NCBI GenBank assembly: GCA_964636225.1
Contig: CAZWQM010000003.1
Coordinates: 66,172 to 130,171, forward strand
Direction: 5' to 3'
From: an uncultured Thiotrichales bacterium
Lineage (GTDB): Bacteria > Pseudomonadota > Gammaproteobacteria > UBA4575
DNA: 64,000 nucleotides
Shown here: positions 32,371 to 42,637 of the stretch, piece after piece
How the letters are laid out: every line of letters starts with the position of its first letter
Numbering within the stretch: position 1 is the first letter of the stretch
Notes under the pieces: generated by a model
The model's input: the letters and a program-made list of their open reading frames with translations, nothing else
Database searches by the model: none
Told to the model about the DNA's origin: nothing
Program-made: the position numbers and the translations under genes

Positions 32371-33088
32371 TCGTTTGTGGGCAGAACAGCTCGCGAAAAC
32401 ATATAAAAAACGTCAGGTTGTGAAAAATGTTGACGTGCATGTCAACAGCGGTGAAATCGTTGGCTTGCTGGGGCCAAATGGCGCAGGGAAAACAACTACC
32501 TTTTACATGATTGTAGGTCTGATACAAACTGATTCCGGCAGTATTCACTTAAATGATAATGATATTACCCGACTGCCCATGCATGCGCGCGCCCAACAAG
32601 GTGTCGGCTACCTACCTCAGGAAGCCTCCGTTTTTCGCGGATTGAGTGTGGAAGATAATATTCTTGCAGTATTACAGTTAAGAAAATTACGTAAACCTGT
32701 ACAACGTGAAATATGTGATCGTTTATTACAGGACCTGCAAATAGAACACATCCGCCGCAGCAAAGGTTTCAGCCTGTCAGGTGGAGAACGGCGCCGCGTT
32801 GAAATCGCTCGCGCGCTAGCCATACAACCTCAATTTATTCTTTTGGACGAACCCTTTGCAGGTGTTGATCCAATTTCCGTAATCGATATACAGCGTTTAC
32901 TCAAACAACTCACTGAAAGGGGTATTGGTTTGTTAATCACAGATCACAATGTTCGTGAAACACTGGGTATTTGTTCACGCGCCTATATTCTTAATCAGGG
33001 TCAGATTATCGCCGAAGGCACTCCAGATCATTTATTAAACGACCAACAAGTTCGTGAAGTTTATCTTGGTTCAGAATTTAAGCTGTAA
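32357..33088 (+). CDS. lptB: LPS export ABC ATPase LptB
   Basis: Walker [11 protein letters not shown], signature [14 protein letters not shown], Walker [12 protein letters not shown]. Confidence 0.9.
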   Translation: MQANNRLWAEQLAKTYKKRQVVKNVDVHVNSGEIVGLLGPNGAGKTTTFYMIVGLIQTDSGSIHLNDNDITRLPMHARAQQGVGYLPQEASVFRGLSVEDNILAVLQLRKLRKPVQREICDRLLQDLQIEHIRRSKGFSLSGGERRRVEIARALAIQPQFILLDEPFAGVDPISVIDIQRLLKQLTERGIGLLITDHNVRETLGICSRAYILNQGQIIAEGTPDHLLNDQQVREVYLGSEFKL

Positions 33089-33216
33089 ATTATTCGTCGC
33101 GTACACTATTCATACACATTCGAATTAAATCTCCAACCCTATCTTTGCGCACTTCTCAAAGTGTTTTTTTTATGTAACTATCCTTGGAAGTAAGCAATAT
33201 TTACGCCAATTTTTAG

Positions 33217-34677
33217 ATGCTTAAACCTTCCTTACAATTGCGTGTAGGACAATCGCTGTCTATGACGCCTCAATTGCAGCATGCGATCAAGCTTCTGCAA
33301 CTTTCTTCATTGGAGCTTCAACAGGAAATTCAGCAAATTTTTGAAACCAATCCAATGCTTGAAAGGGACGAAGAGCCGGCATCAAATAATCAGGAAAGCA
33401 CAGAAAAAAACGAAGATGTCCCAGCCTCATCCATGCCGGCAGAACAGGACATCACCACCACCAAAGATCAAATCTCTGACGAACTACCTATCGATAGCAA
33501 CTGGGAAGACATATATCAGGCTTCAAATGTTTATAGTGAAACACCTCAAGAGCCTTCACGCGATGTCTACGAAAATGAGAGCGTTTCAGATAATTCCTTA
33601 CAGGAACATCTTTTACAACAAATAAATCTAATCAATCTCAGCGATATCGACCGCGTGATTGCTATCACCATCATTGATGAAATCGACAATGACGGTTACT
33701 TGACTGACAGCATCGAAAATCTTCATACCGGCCTGGTCGAGACTTTCGAGGAACTAGAACAGGATGAAGTCGAAGCGGTACTGCATTTAATTCAGCATCT
33801 CGATCCAATTGGTACCGGAGCAAAAGATTTATCCGAGTGTCTGGGAATACAACTGCGTATATTGTCTCCGGAGACGCCGCATCTGAAGAATGCCATTGAG
33901 ATTGTTGATAATTACATCGAAGCATTAGGCAGTCGTAATACCAAGCTAATTCGACGCCGCATGGATCTGACGGAAGAAGAGCTCAATGCGACAATTGCAC
34001 TTATTCAGTCCCTTAACCCAAGACCTGGTGCACAAGTTTCCAATAACAGCACAGAATATATTGTACCGGATGTTTCTGTAGTCAAACGGGGAAACACCTG
34101 GCGCGTTGAATTAAATGCCGAGACAGCGCCAAAACTTCGTATTAATAATACTTATGCGGACCTGATAAAACGCGCTGATAGCAGTGCGGATAAAAATTAT
34201 ATGCGCACCCAGCTTCAGGAGGCGCGCTGGTTTATCAAGAGTCTGCACAGCCGCAACGAGACACTACTGCGAGTGGCCACTTCCATCATCGAACATCAAC
34301 GTAAATTCCTGGAGTATGGTCCTGAAGCCATGAAGCCACTGGTATTGCGGGATATCGCGGAAGTACTGGCATTGCACGAATCCACTGTTTCGCGCCTAAC
34401 CACCAATAAATATATGCATACTCCAAGAGGGATTTTTGAGTTTAAATACTTTTTTTCCAGTCACGTCGGTACCTCAGATGGCGGTGTCTGCTCTGCCACG
34501 GCAATACGAGCCATGATCAAAAAGCTGATTGACGAGGAAGATAGCGCGAAGCCATTGAGTGACAGTAAAATCGCCCAATTATTAGACGAAAAAGGGATAA
34601 ATGTCGCTCGTCGCACGGTAGCAAAATACCGCGAGGCTCTATCAATCCCGCCCTCAAATGAACGCAAACAGCTGTAA
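33217..34677 (+). CDS. rpoN: RNA polymerase sigma-54 factor
   Basis: A Gln-rich N-terminal region I. The RpoN box ARRTVAKYRE is near the C-terminus, with an HTH before it. Confidence 0.9.
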   Translation: MLKPSLQLRVGQSLSMTPQLQHAIKLLQLSSLELQQEIQQIFETNPMLERDEEPASNNQESTEKNEDVPASSMPAEQDITTTKDQISDELPIDSNWEDIYQASNVYSETPQEPSRDVYENESVSDNSLQEHLLQQINLINLSDIDRVIAITIIDEIDNDGYLTDSIENLHTGLVETFEELEQDEVEAVLHLIQHLDPIGTGAKDLSECLGIQLRILSPETPHLKNAIEIVDNYIEALGSRNTKLIRRRMDLTEEELNATIALIQSLNPRPGAQVSNNSTEYIVPDVSVVKRGNTWRVELNAETAPKLRINNTYADLIKRADSSADKNYMRTQLQEARWFIKSLHSRNETLLRVATSIIEHQRKFLEYGPEAMKPLVLRDIAEVLALHESTVSRLTTNKYMHTPRGIFEFKYFFSSHVGTSDGGVCSATAIRAMIKKLIDEEDSAKPLSDSKIAQLLDEKGINVARRTVAKYREALSIPPSNERKQL

Positions 34678-34900
34678 CATCCTATAATTTGAATAGATCA
34701 GGCAAAATTCCCACCCGCAAGACAGTCTAAATAATCGACTTTGTCCACATATTACAGCCACTGGTTGCGCTATGATTGAGTCAGAACTACACTTAAGTTG
34801 GTGTTCGTAACCGCTGGAAAAAAGCAACTGGAATTGCTCGCAGAAGGGGGTTATAAAGTAGTTGAGAAACACCTTAAAGCCACAATTCACGGAGGGATAA

Positions 34901-35221
34901 ATGCAAATAGAATTAACAGGGCATCACCTTGATATAACTCCCGCAATAAGAAATTTCGTTAATGAAAAGTTCAAACGTCTGGAAAGGCACTTCGATCACG
35001 TCATCAACACACACGTAGTACTCACAGTAGAAAAGCTTCGACATCAGGCAGAAGCATCAATGCTGGTCAGCCGAAACAAGATTTTTGCCAATGCCACAGC
35101 AGACGATATGTATGTGGCCATTGATGAGCTTATCGACAAGCTTGACCGCCAGATTGTCAAGCATAAAGAAAAAATCAAAGATCATCACAATCAAGAAGGC
35201 ACCCACAGAAATCTTGTCTAG
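34901..35221 (+). CDS. hpf: ribosome hibernation promoting factor
   Basis: MQIELTGHHLDITPAIRNFVNEKF...HVVLTVEK is the sigma-54 modulation/YfiA family. It follows rpoN. Confidence 0.85.
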   Translation: MQIELTGHHLDITPAIRNFVNEKFKRLERHFDHVINTHVVLTVEKLRHQAEASMLVSRNKIFANATADDMYVAIDELIDKLDRQIVKHKEKIKDHHNQEGTHRNLV

Positions 35222-35245
35222 CGGTACCGAATATTAATTAACACC

Positions 35246-35722
35246 ATGGAAAACGTTTCACTCGCTCGCTATCTTGACGCCAGTCGCGTGCTGCTGCTAC
35301 AGGAAATTAGCAGTAAGAAGCGAGTATTTGAGTTGCTTGGAGAATTGCTTGCCAAAAAGCTTGAGAGTATCCATGCAAGTCAAGTGAGCGCGGGCCTTCA
35401 AGCGCGCGAGCGTCTGGGCACCACCGCTTTAGGTGAAGGCGTTGCTATTCCTCACTGCCGTATGGATAACATCAGTGAAATACGTAGCGCGGTGATTAAA
35501 CTTGTGCAACCAGTAGATTTTGATGCGCCGGATGATCAGAAAGTCTCTATTTTCTACGCACTTCTGGTCCCTAGTGAAGCCACTGACGAACACTTAAAAA
35601 CTCTCGCCTCTCTTGCCGAATTCTTATCCGATCAGGAAAACCGCAGCAAACTTCGAAACTGCACCACCTCAGAACAATTACTGAATATATTTGCTGAAAC
35701 TTCAGACAAGCATGCTGCATAA
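35246..35722 (+). CDS. ptsN: nitrogen-related PTS enzyme IIA (EIIA-Ntr)
   Basis: A PTS EIIA type-2 fold. AIPHCR contains the phosphorylatable His. Confidence 0.85.
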   Translation: MENVSLARYLDASRVLLLQEISSKKRVFELLGELLAKKLESIHASQVSAGLQARERLGTTALGEGVAIPHCRMDNISEIRSAVIKLVQPVDFDAPDDQKVSIFYALLVPSEATDEHLKTLASLAEFLSDQENRSKLRNCTTSEQLLNIFAETSDKHAA

Positions 35723-35776
35723 TACTGGCTTTGAATTGTCAGTACGCTCGCATATTCACAGCGCAATTATTTAAAC

Positions 35777-36721
35777 ATGCCAGAAAATACCACGCCTCAG
35801 TCGATTCTTGATGCACTTAGCAAGGAGCTGGAGCTATCCATCTGGTATGGAGAACAATATTTAAACCACCCTTTTTCCCACCACAGCTTCAGTGATGATT
35901 CAGCCACTCTGGTAGGTTATTTCAATTTGATTCATTCCAGCCAGGCACAGGTGCTGGGAAAAGTTGAATCCAAATATCTGGAATCCCTTAACCAGGACGA
36001 CAGGCATAAAGCCTATAAAAGACTATTTGGCTCAGATACCGTCGCCATCTTTTTCACTGATGGCCTGATGCCGCCATTAGAATTAAAAACCTATGCGGAT
36101 GAACACAAATCACCGATCTTCTGCTCCGATCTTTCTTCCACTGAAATTATTACTCATTTGCGTTATTTTCTATCACGTGCCTTAGCTGACAAAGTTATTT
36201 TGCATGGCGTTTTTATGGAGGTGAGCAGTCTGGGTGTCCTGCTGACAGGTGAAAGCGGTCTGGGTAAAAGCGAACTGGCGCTTGAACTGGTAACGCGTGG
36301 CCACCGACTGATTGCAGATGATGCGCCTGAGTTTATGCGTATAGCGCCCGACATTATCATGGGCTCTTGCCCTTCCATACTTAGGGACTTCCTCGAAGTA
36401 CGTGGACTGGGCGTACTGGATATTCGTGAAATGTACGGTGACAGCGCGATTAAATTCAGTAAATATTTACGTCTGATCATCCACCTTACGGCTATGCAAT
36501 CGATTCCAAAATCGGAAGACAGACTGGCCAATCCACAGTTGACCAAAAATGTATTGGGGTTGGAAATTCCAGTGATACGCTTGCCGGTCGCTGCGGGCCG
36601 TAACCTGGCAGTCATGGCCGAAGCAGCGGTGCGAAATCACTTGTTGATGCAGAAAGGCTACAATGCTGCAGATAACTTTGTTGGACGTCAGCAGCAATTC
36701 ATTCAGCAGGACTCTGCATGA
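35777..36721 (+). CDS. hprK: HPr kinase/phosphorylase, full length
   Basis: The P-loop GESGLGKSELALELVTRGHRLIADD and the HprK signature LEVRGLGVLDI. Confidence 0.85.
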   Translation: MPENTTPQSILDALSKELELSIWYGEQYLNHPFSHHSFSDDSATLVGYFNLIHSSQAQVLGKVESKYLESLNQDDRHKAYKRLFGSDTVAIFFTDGLMPPLELKTYADEHKSPIFCSDLSSTEIITHLRYFLSRALADKVILHGVFMEVSSLGVLLTGESGLGKSELALELVTRGHRLIADDAPEFMRIAPDIIMGSCPSILRDFLEVRGLGVLDIREMYGDSAIKFSKYLRLIIHLTAMQSIPKSEDRLANPQLTKNVLGLEIPVIRLPVAAGRNLAVMAEAAVRNHLLMQKGYNAADNFVGRQQQFIQQDSA

Positions 36722-37578
36722 GAATTCTGATTATCACTGGTCTTTCTGGCTCAGGTAAATCCGTCGCACTAAACACTCTGGAAGACGATGATTTCTACTG
36801 CGTCGACAACTTACCTGTATCACTGTTACCTACTTTTATTAAACAGTGCTTGCAGGAGGAAAAACCTTATCACGAAAAAATCGCAGTCGGAATTGACTCG
36901 CGTGCCGGCAGTGAAAGTATCGATAATCTAATCCGTCTGGTACAACAATTTAAACAAGACAACATACCCATTGAAGTGCTGTTTTTCAGCGCTGAAATTA
37001 ACACTCTGATTAAACGCTTTAGCGAAACCCGACGCAAACATCCGCTAACTACCAAGGCTATTCCATTAATCACTGCCATTCATTTGGAAAAGGAATTACT
37101 CAGTAAAATAGCCGATTATGCCGACCTCAATATTGACACCACCAAAACCAATGTCCGACAGCTGCGTAAATTAGTCAACCAGGTAGTCATTAAAAAATCC
37201 ACTACCGGCCTGACCATCGTTCTGCAATCCTTTGGTTTTAAACACGGAATCCCAAGCGACTCAGACTTTATGTTTGATGTACGTTGTCTGCCTAACCCTT
37301 ACTGGCAACCCAATCTTCGCAACCTTTCCGGAAAAGACACGGCCGTGATGAACTATCTGGGCTCATGCAGCGAAGTGGATAACATGATTCAATCCATTAT
37401 TGAGTTTATGCAAAAATGGATCCCTTTATTTGAAGAAGAAAACCGAAGCTACCTGACATTATCCATCGGTTGCACAGGAGGGCATCACCGCTCCGTTTAT
37501 TGCGTGAATCAAATTGCCCATCAGCTGGGCAAACTCATGCAACAACCGATAACAGTAAGACACAGAGAATTTGAGTAA
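36718..37578 (+). CDS. rapZ: RNase adapter protein RapZ (YhbJ)
   Basis: MRILIITGLSGSGKSVALNTLEDDDFYCVDNLP is the RapZ N-terminal P-loop. A C-terminal GCTGGHHRSV is present. Confidence 0.85.
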   Translation: MRILIITGLSGSGKSVALNTLEDDDFYCVDNLPVSLLPTFIKQCLQEEKPYHEKIAVGIDSRAGSESIDNLIRLVQQFKQDNIPIEVLFFSAEINTLIKRFSETRRKHPLTTKAIPLITAIHLEKELLSKIADYADLNIDTTKTNVRQLRKLVNQVVIKKSTTGLTIVLQSFGFKHGIPSDSDFMFDVRCLPNPYWQPNLRNLSGKDTAVMNYLGSCSEVDNMIQSIIEFMQKWIPLFEEENRSYLTLSIGCTGGHHRSVYCVNQIAHQLGKLMQQPITVRHREFE

Positions 37579-37584
37579 ATCATC

Positions 37585-37983
37585 ATGCCAGTAGGAATAC
37601 TTATCGTTACACATGGGGACATTGGTGAAGAGTTGCTTGCAACCGCACGCTCCACGCTGGGTGGTACACTTCCATTAAAGTGTAGAGCCCTATCAGTATC
37701 ACCCAATTGTTGTCCTGATGCACAACATAAAAAAGCCAGAACCATGCTTGATTCGGTTAATGATGGCAGCGGCGTACTGATTCTTACAGATATGTATGGA
37801 TCCACCCCAAGCAATATTGCTAACAGCTTTGAAGCAGATAAAGATGTTGAAATTGTAGCGGGTGTTAATTTACCCATGTTTATACGCGCACTCAATTATC
37901 CCGATTTGAGCTTGTCAGAATTGACGGAGAAAGCATTATCGGGGGGGCGCGAAGGTGTCATTTTATGCGAACAGAAAAAGTGA
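37585..37983 (+). CDS. PTS EIIA, mannose/fructose family
   Basis: MPVGILIVTHGDIGEELL contains the active-site His of EIIA-Man. Length is 132 aa. Confidence 0.75.
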   Translation: MPVGILIVTHGDIGEELLATARSTLGGTLPLKCRALSVSPNCCPDAQHKKARTMLDSVNDGSGVLILTDMYGSTPSNIANSFEADKDVEIVAGVNLPMFIRALNYPDLSLSELTEKALSGGREGVILCEQKK

Positions 37984-37989
37984 AATTGA

Positions 37990-38259
37990 ATGATTGAAGA
38001 TCAGGCGATAATCTGTAACAAGCTCGGATTACATGCTCGAGCCGCGGCAAAATTTGTGGCCACAGCCAGTGCGTTTGAATCTGAAATTGAAATAGAAAAA
38101 GACAGCAAACGCGTTAACGGCAAAAGCATTATGGGCGTCATGATGCTGGCGGCTAGCAAGGGAACCCAAATCAAATTATACATCGATGGCGCAGATGCCG
38201 AAGATGCAATGGTCAAATTACAGCAGCTTATTGCAAACCGTTTTGGTGAAGACGAATAA
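37990..38259 (+). CDS. ptsH: phosphocarrier protein HPr/NPr
   Basis: 89 aa. GLHARAAAKFV contains the His15 motif. Confidence 0.85.
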   Translation: MIEDQAIICNKLGLHARAAAKFVATASAFESEIEIEKDSKRVNGKSIMGVMMLAASKGTQIKLYIDGADAEDAMVKLQQLIANRFGEDE

Positions 38260-38275
38260 CAACATATAGGAAGTC

Positions 38276-40009
38276 ATGGCATTAATTATAAGTGGATTAG
38301 GCGTATCAAGAGGCATTGCCATTGGCAATGTGCATTTACTGCTGAGAAGTTCTCTTGAAGTATATGAACGCACTCTACATTCAGATGAAATAAGTGCCGA
38401 AGTAAAACGCTTCAAATATGCCGTCGACAGGGCCAGTAAAGAATTACATAAGATACAAAATTCCATTCCCGAAGAAGCCCCGAAAGAAATAGCTTCATTT
38501 ATAGAGTCACATTTATTGATGCTTAAGGATTCCATGCTATCCAAAGCACCAATAGATATCATCAAAGAAGTTTACTGTAACGCTGAATGGGCGCTAAAGC
38601 TTCAACGTGACAAACTGGTTGCCGTATTTGAGCAAATGGAAGATGAATATTTGCAAACACGCCAGAATGATATTGATCATGTCATTAATCTGATTCAGAA
38701 AATGTTATTTGACCAGCAATACGAGGTCGAAAAAGAAATCCAGACGTTACGTGGCTCTATTATTGTTGCGGATGATTTAACGCCAGCCGACACAGTGGTA
38801 TTGCAACATCAAAACATTGCTGGGTTTGTCACTGAACTGGGAGGACCTCTCTCTCATACCGCTATTATTGCGCGCAGTCTGGGTATTCCTGCGATTGTTG
38901 GTATGCAGGATGCACGCTTGTTGCTCAAGGAAAATGAACAAATCATCATTGATGGCACAGAAGGTATGGTACTAGCTGGCGTCGATGATAAAACAATTAA
39001 AGAATATAAAGATAAGCAAAAAGAAGAAAAAGTAGAACGCCGCAAGCTGGAATCACTGCGTGATGTCAAAGCTAAAACCAAAGACGGGATCGAAATAAAT
39101 TTACAAGCCAATATTGAGCTCATTGATGACGTCAAAGCACTCAAGCAAAGTGGTGCTCAGGGAGTCGGCCTGTACAGAACTGAATTTCTTTACATTGACC
39201 GTGAAAAACCCGCCTCAGAAGCTGAGCAGCTCAACGCTTATAAAAAAGTAATCCGCGCGCTTAAAGGAAAGTCTGTCACCATTCGCACACTGGATTTAGG
39301 AGCAGAAAAAGAATTTGATCCAAAATACAAAGGTCCGCTTGTACAGAATCCGGCACTTGGATTACGTGGCCTTAGACGCTCACTTAAAGATACTGAGCTG
39401 TTTAAACTTCAGCTACGCGCAATCTTGCGCGCTTCCGTAATTGGACCAGTACGAGTAATGTTCCCCATGATTACCAGCCATGAAGAATTAATGATGGCGT
39501 TATCCGTGCTGGATCAGGCCAAACGTGAATTAAAAGAAGAAGATAAGGAATTTGATAACGAGATTCCTATTGGCATTATGATAGAAGTCCCCGCAGCCGC
39601 ACTGGTTGCCACACGCTTTGCCAAACAGCTGGACTTTCTGTCCATTGGAACCAACGACTTAATACAATATACACTGGCAATTGACCGTATTGACGAATCG
39701 GTCAACTACTTGTACGACCCGTTACACCCGGCTGTGCTTAAACTTATTCAATTGACCTTACAAGCCGGTCGACAGGCAAAAATTCCTGTCTCCATGTGCG
39801 GGGAAATGGCTGGAGACCCTCGCTACACACGCTTGTTACTGGGTATAGGGTTAAGGGATTTCAGCGCCCATCCGGCCACGGTGCTGGAAGTGAAGTCGAT
39901 TATTAATTCCAGTTCGGTCAAAAAGCTGGAGCCTATGTGTAAAAAAATACTTAGCGCCTCCACACGACCGGATAAAATTCACGAACTAATAGATCAGCTA
40001 AATGCATAG
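38276..40009 (+). CDS. ptsI: phosphoenolpyruvate-protein phosphotransferase (Enzyme I)
   Basis: 577 aa. The phospho-His region is GGPLSHTAIIARSLGIPAIVG and a PEP-utilising C-terminal TIM barrel follows. Confidence 0.85.
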   Translation: MALIISGLGVSRGIAIGNVHLLLRSSLEVYERTLHSDEISAEVKRFKYAVDRASKELHKIQNSIPEEAPKEIASFIESHLLMLKDSMLSKAPIDIIKEVYCNAEWALKLQRDKLVAVFEQMEDEYLQTRQNDIDHVINLIQKMLFDQQYEVEKEIQTLRGSIIVADDLTPADTVVLQHQNIAGFVTELGGPLSHTAIIARSLGIPAIVGMQDARLLLKENEQIIIDGTEGMVLAGVDDKTIKEYKDKQKEEKVERRKLESLRDVKAKTKDGIEINLQANIELIDDVKALKQSGAQGVGLYRTEFLYIDREKPASEAEQLNAYKKVIRALKGKSVTIRTLDLGAEKEFDPKYKGPLVQNPALGLRGLRRSLKDTELFKLQLRAILRASVIGPVRVMFPMITSHEELMMALSVLDQAKRELKEEDKEFDNEIPIGIMIEVPAAALVATRFAKQLDFLSIGTNDLIQYTLAIDRIDESVNYLYDPLHPAVLKLIQLTLQAGRQAKIPVSMCGEMAGDPRYTRLLLGIGLRDFSAHPATVLEVKSIINSSSVKKLEPMCKKILSASTRPDKIHELIDQLNA

Positions 40010-40157
40010 ACTTATCGGCATTGTGCATCATGAAATTATATTCATACCGGTTTGTTTAATCTTTACACTGAAATTTTAAAAACCTTTTTTGCATTCGCCT
40101 AACGAACGGGTACACTTGATTGACGCTATGCATTCATAGCCAAGTAAAGGACCCGTA

Positions 40158-41504
40158 ATGTCGGAAATACAAGCACGTGACAATTTGCATATCATCACCG
40201 AAGCACTCAATTCAGGTGAGATGCAGCGTGCCGGGCGCATATTGAATGCTTTTCATCCCGCTGAGATTGCTCATCTGCTCGAATCCCTGCCGCAATCCCA
40301 ACGCATGTTCGTCTGGAATATGCTGGACCATGATGACGATGGTGAAATCTTGCTGCATGTTGGTGACGAGGTTCGTAGTGGTCTGATTGAGGTGATGGAC
40401 CGGGATCAACTGATCTCGGCAACGGAAGGACTGGATCTGGATGACCTGGCTGACTTATTAGCTGATCTTCCTTCTGCAGTAACTGACACCGCATTAAGCA
40501 ATCTGGACATCAGTGACCGTCATCGACTCGAGGCGGTTTTACTATTTGACGAGAATAGCGCTGGCGGGCTGATGAACACCGACACCGTGACGGTGCGCAA
40601 ATCCATCAGTCTGGATGTAGTATTAAGATATCTACGTTTACGCAAAAACCTCCCGGCACATACCGACTGTCTGTTTGTGGTTGATCGTTATGAAAACTAC
40701 ATAGGCACACTGACTTTGTCAGACATACTCACCAATGACCCCTCAACCCTGGTCCAGGATCTGCTCAAAGAAAAAGTTGAACCCATTCATGTGACGGACA
40801 GTGCAACCGATGTCGCTCATAAATTTGAACATCTTGATTTGATTTCCGCCCCGGTCGTTGATGAACACCAAAAACTGCTCGGACGTATTACAATTGATGA
40901 TGTGGTTGACGTGATTCGTGAAGAAGGCGAACACTCCATTATGAGTATGGCCGGTTTAACCGAAGAAGAAGATTTATTTGCGCCCATTACCAAATCAACG
41001 CGCCGACGCGCATTATGGCTGGGAGTCAATATGCTGACCGCATTTCTTGCCGCATGGGTGATCAGTTTATTTCAAAGCACGCTGGAACAAATTATCGTGC
41101 TGGCTGTATTAATCCCAGTGGTTGCCAGTATGGGCGGCATCGCTGGTAGTCAAACTTTAACACTGGTGATTCGAGGCATCGCGCTCAAACAAATTGGTCC
41201 GGCCAATTCAAGATTGTTGCTTTTAAGGGAACTGGGAGTCGGTGTGCTGAACGGGCTTTTGTGGTCTGTGATTGTCGCGATTATTGCTATCCTGTGGTTT
41301 CACGACCTTCAACTGGGATGGATAATTGCAATGGCTATGATGGCCAATTTAATCTGCGCAGGTCTTGCCGGTGTTCTTATTCCAATTGTGCTAAGAAAAT
41401 ATGGCATTGATCCAGCACTGGCCGGCGGTGTTGTATTAACGACTATCACCGATGTAGTGGGAATTTTTGCATTTCTTGGACTCGCCACCTGGTTACTGTT
41501 GTAG
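40158..41504 (+). CDS. mgtE: magnesium transporter MgtE
   Basis: An N-terminal MgtE_N domain, tandem CBS domains, and a C-terminal 5-helix transmembrane domain. Confidence 0.85.
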   Translation: MSEIQARDNLHIITEALNSGEMQRAGRILNAFHPAEIAHLLESLPQSQRMFVWNMLDHDDDGEILLHVGDEVRSGLIEVMDRDQLISATEGLDLDDLADLLADLPSAVTDTALSNLDISDRHRLEAVLLFDENSAGGLMNTDTVTVRKSISLDVVLRYLRLRKNLPAHTDCLFVVDRYENYIGTLTLSDILTNDPSTLVQDLLKEKVEPIHVTDSATDVAHKFEHLDLISAPVVDEHQKLLGRITIDDVVDVIREEGEHSIMSMAGLTEEEDLFAPITKSTRRRALWLGVNMLTAFLAAWVISLFQSTLEQIIVLAVLIPVVASMGGIAGSQTLTLVIRGIALKQIGPANSRLLLLRELGVGVLNGLLWSVIVAIIAILWFHDLQLGWIIAMAMMANLICAGLAGVLIPIVLRKYGIDPALAGGVVLTTITDVVGIFAFLGLATWLLL

Positions 41505-41559
41505 CTATTGGCGATACAAATAAAATAGATACGGATTGAGCCAAGGTATGTCAAAGACT

Positions 41560-42126
41560 CTACGCCTTGGGTAAAGTGACTCCGGTCTGACCCTGATATT
41601 TACCACCGCGATCTTTGTACGAAGTTTCGCATTCTTCATCAGACTCAAAAAACAACATTTGCGCTACACCTTCATTGGCATAGATTTTTGCTGGTAGTGG
41701 TGTGGTGTTTGAAAATTCCAATGTCACGTGGCCTTCCCATTCAGGCTCAAGCGGTGTCACGTTAACAATAATTCCACAACGCGCATAAGTGGATTTACCC
41801 AGACACACTGTTAACACGGATCTTGGAATTCGAAAATATTCTACCGTGCTGGCAAGCGCAAACGAATTGGGCGGGATAATGCAGACATCACCTTCAAAAT
41901 CGACAAAACTTTCCTGGCTAAATGCCTTAGGATCCACCACCGCAGAATTAATATTGGTAAATATTTTGAAATGATTGGAACAGCGCACATCATAGCCATA
42001 ACTGGAAGTGCCGTAGGAAATTATTTTCTGCTCATTGACTTGCTTAACTTGACCCGCAACAAACGGTTCTATCATTTGCTGCTCTTCTGCCATTCGCCGA
42101 ATCCAGCGATCTGATTTAATCGACAT
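41560..42126 (-). CDS. dcd: dCTP deaminase
   Basis: [22 protein letters not shown] ... and a dUTPase-like fold ([13 protein letters not shown]). Confidence 0.9.
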   Translation of the reverse strand: MSIKSDRWIRRMAEEQQMIEPFVAGQVKQVNEQKIISYGTSSYGYDVRCSNHFKIFTNINSAVVDPKAFSQESFVDFEGDVCIIPPNSFALASTVEYFRIPRSVLTVCLGKSTYARCGIIVNVTPLEPEWEGHVTLEFSNTTPLPAKIYANEGVAQMLFFESDEECETSYKDRGGKYQGQTGVTLPKA

Positions 42127-42134
42127 AAAGAGAT

Positions 42135-42602
42135 TTATTTAAATGGTGAAACAAATGGCAATTTAAAATCACCCTGTTTGGAAAACGGAATTGCGTCATT
42201 AAAAATTGATGTTTTTATATTACCTTTTACCGTGTAATCCGCATTACCTGTTTTCAGAACTTCAGGAATTGTTTCGATTAAGCCAAAGTAAGACAAGCTT
42301 ATCGGCAATTGAATGGCTTCACTGCCATACGCTGGAATGGAAATTGACTGATCATCCTGACCAGTAACCAGTTTATTTCCAGCCACAAACACTTCGTAAC
42401 TTAGACCTCTTGCACCGATTTTAACCTCATTGGGGTTATCGATATCCAGAGTCACGATAGCATCAATGCCACTTAATGTTGCTTCGGTGACTTGCAGTTC
42501 ACGCACCTGAACTTTCGGTTCAAGCATGGGCTTTGAGAGCGGATTGGCACAGCCCGCAACGAATAAAACCAAAGCTAACAGGCTAACGGCTATACGTAAC
42601 AT
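42135..42602 (-). CDS. lipoprotein of the LEA-2/WHy-like (NDR1/HIN1-like) family
   Basis: The lipobox is LFVAGCA. About 130 aa of beta-rich domain follow. Confidence 0.5.
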   Translation of the reverse strand: MLRIAVSLLALVLFVAGCANPLSKPMLEPKVQVRELQVTEATLSGIDAIVTLDIDNPNEVKIGARGLSYEVFVAGNKLVTGQDDQSISIPAYGSEAIQLPISLSYFGLIETIPEVLKTGNADYTVKGNIKTSIFNDAIPFSKQGDFKLPFVSPFK

Positions 42603-42637
42603 TGAGCATCCCCCTAAAAATTTTGAACTGAAAGTTA

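Noticed and set aside
40010-40157. Possible Mg2+ (M-box) riboswitch upstream of mgtE
   Set aside because: The leader is short, about 148 nt. I could not find the conserved M-box helices or motifs, and M-box is mainly Firmicute. There is no support for it.
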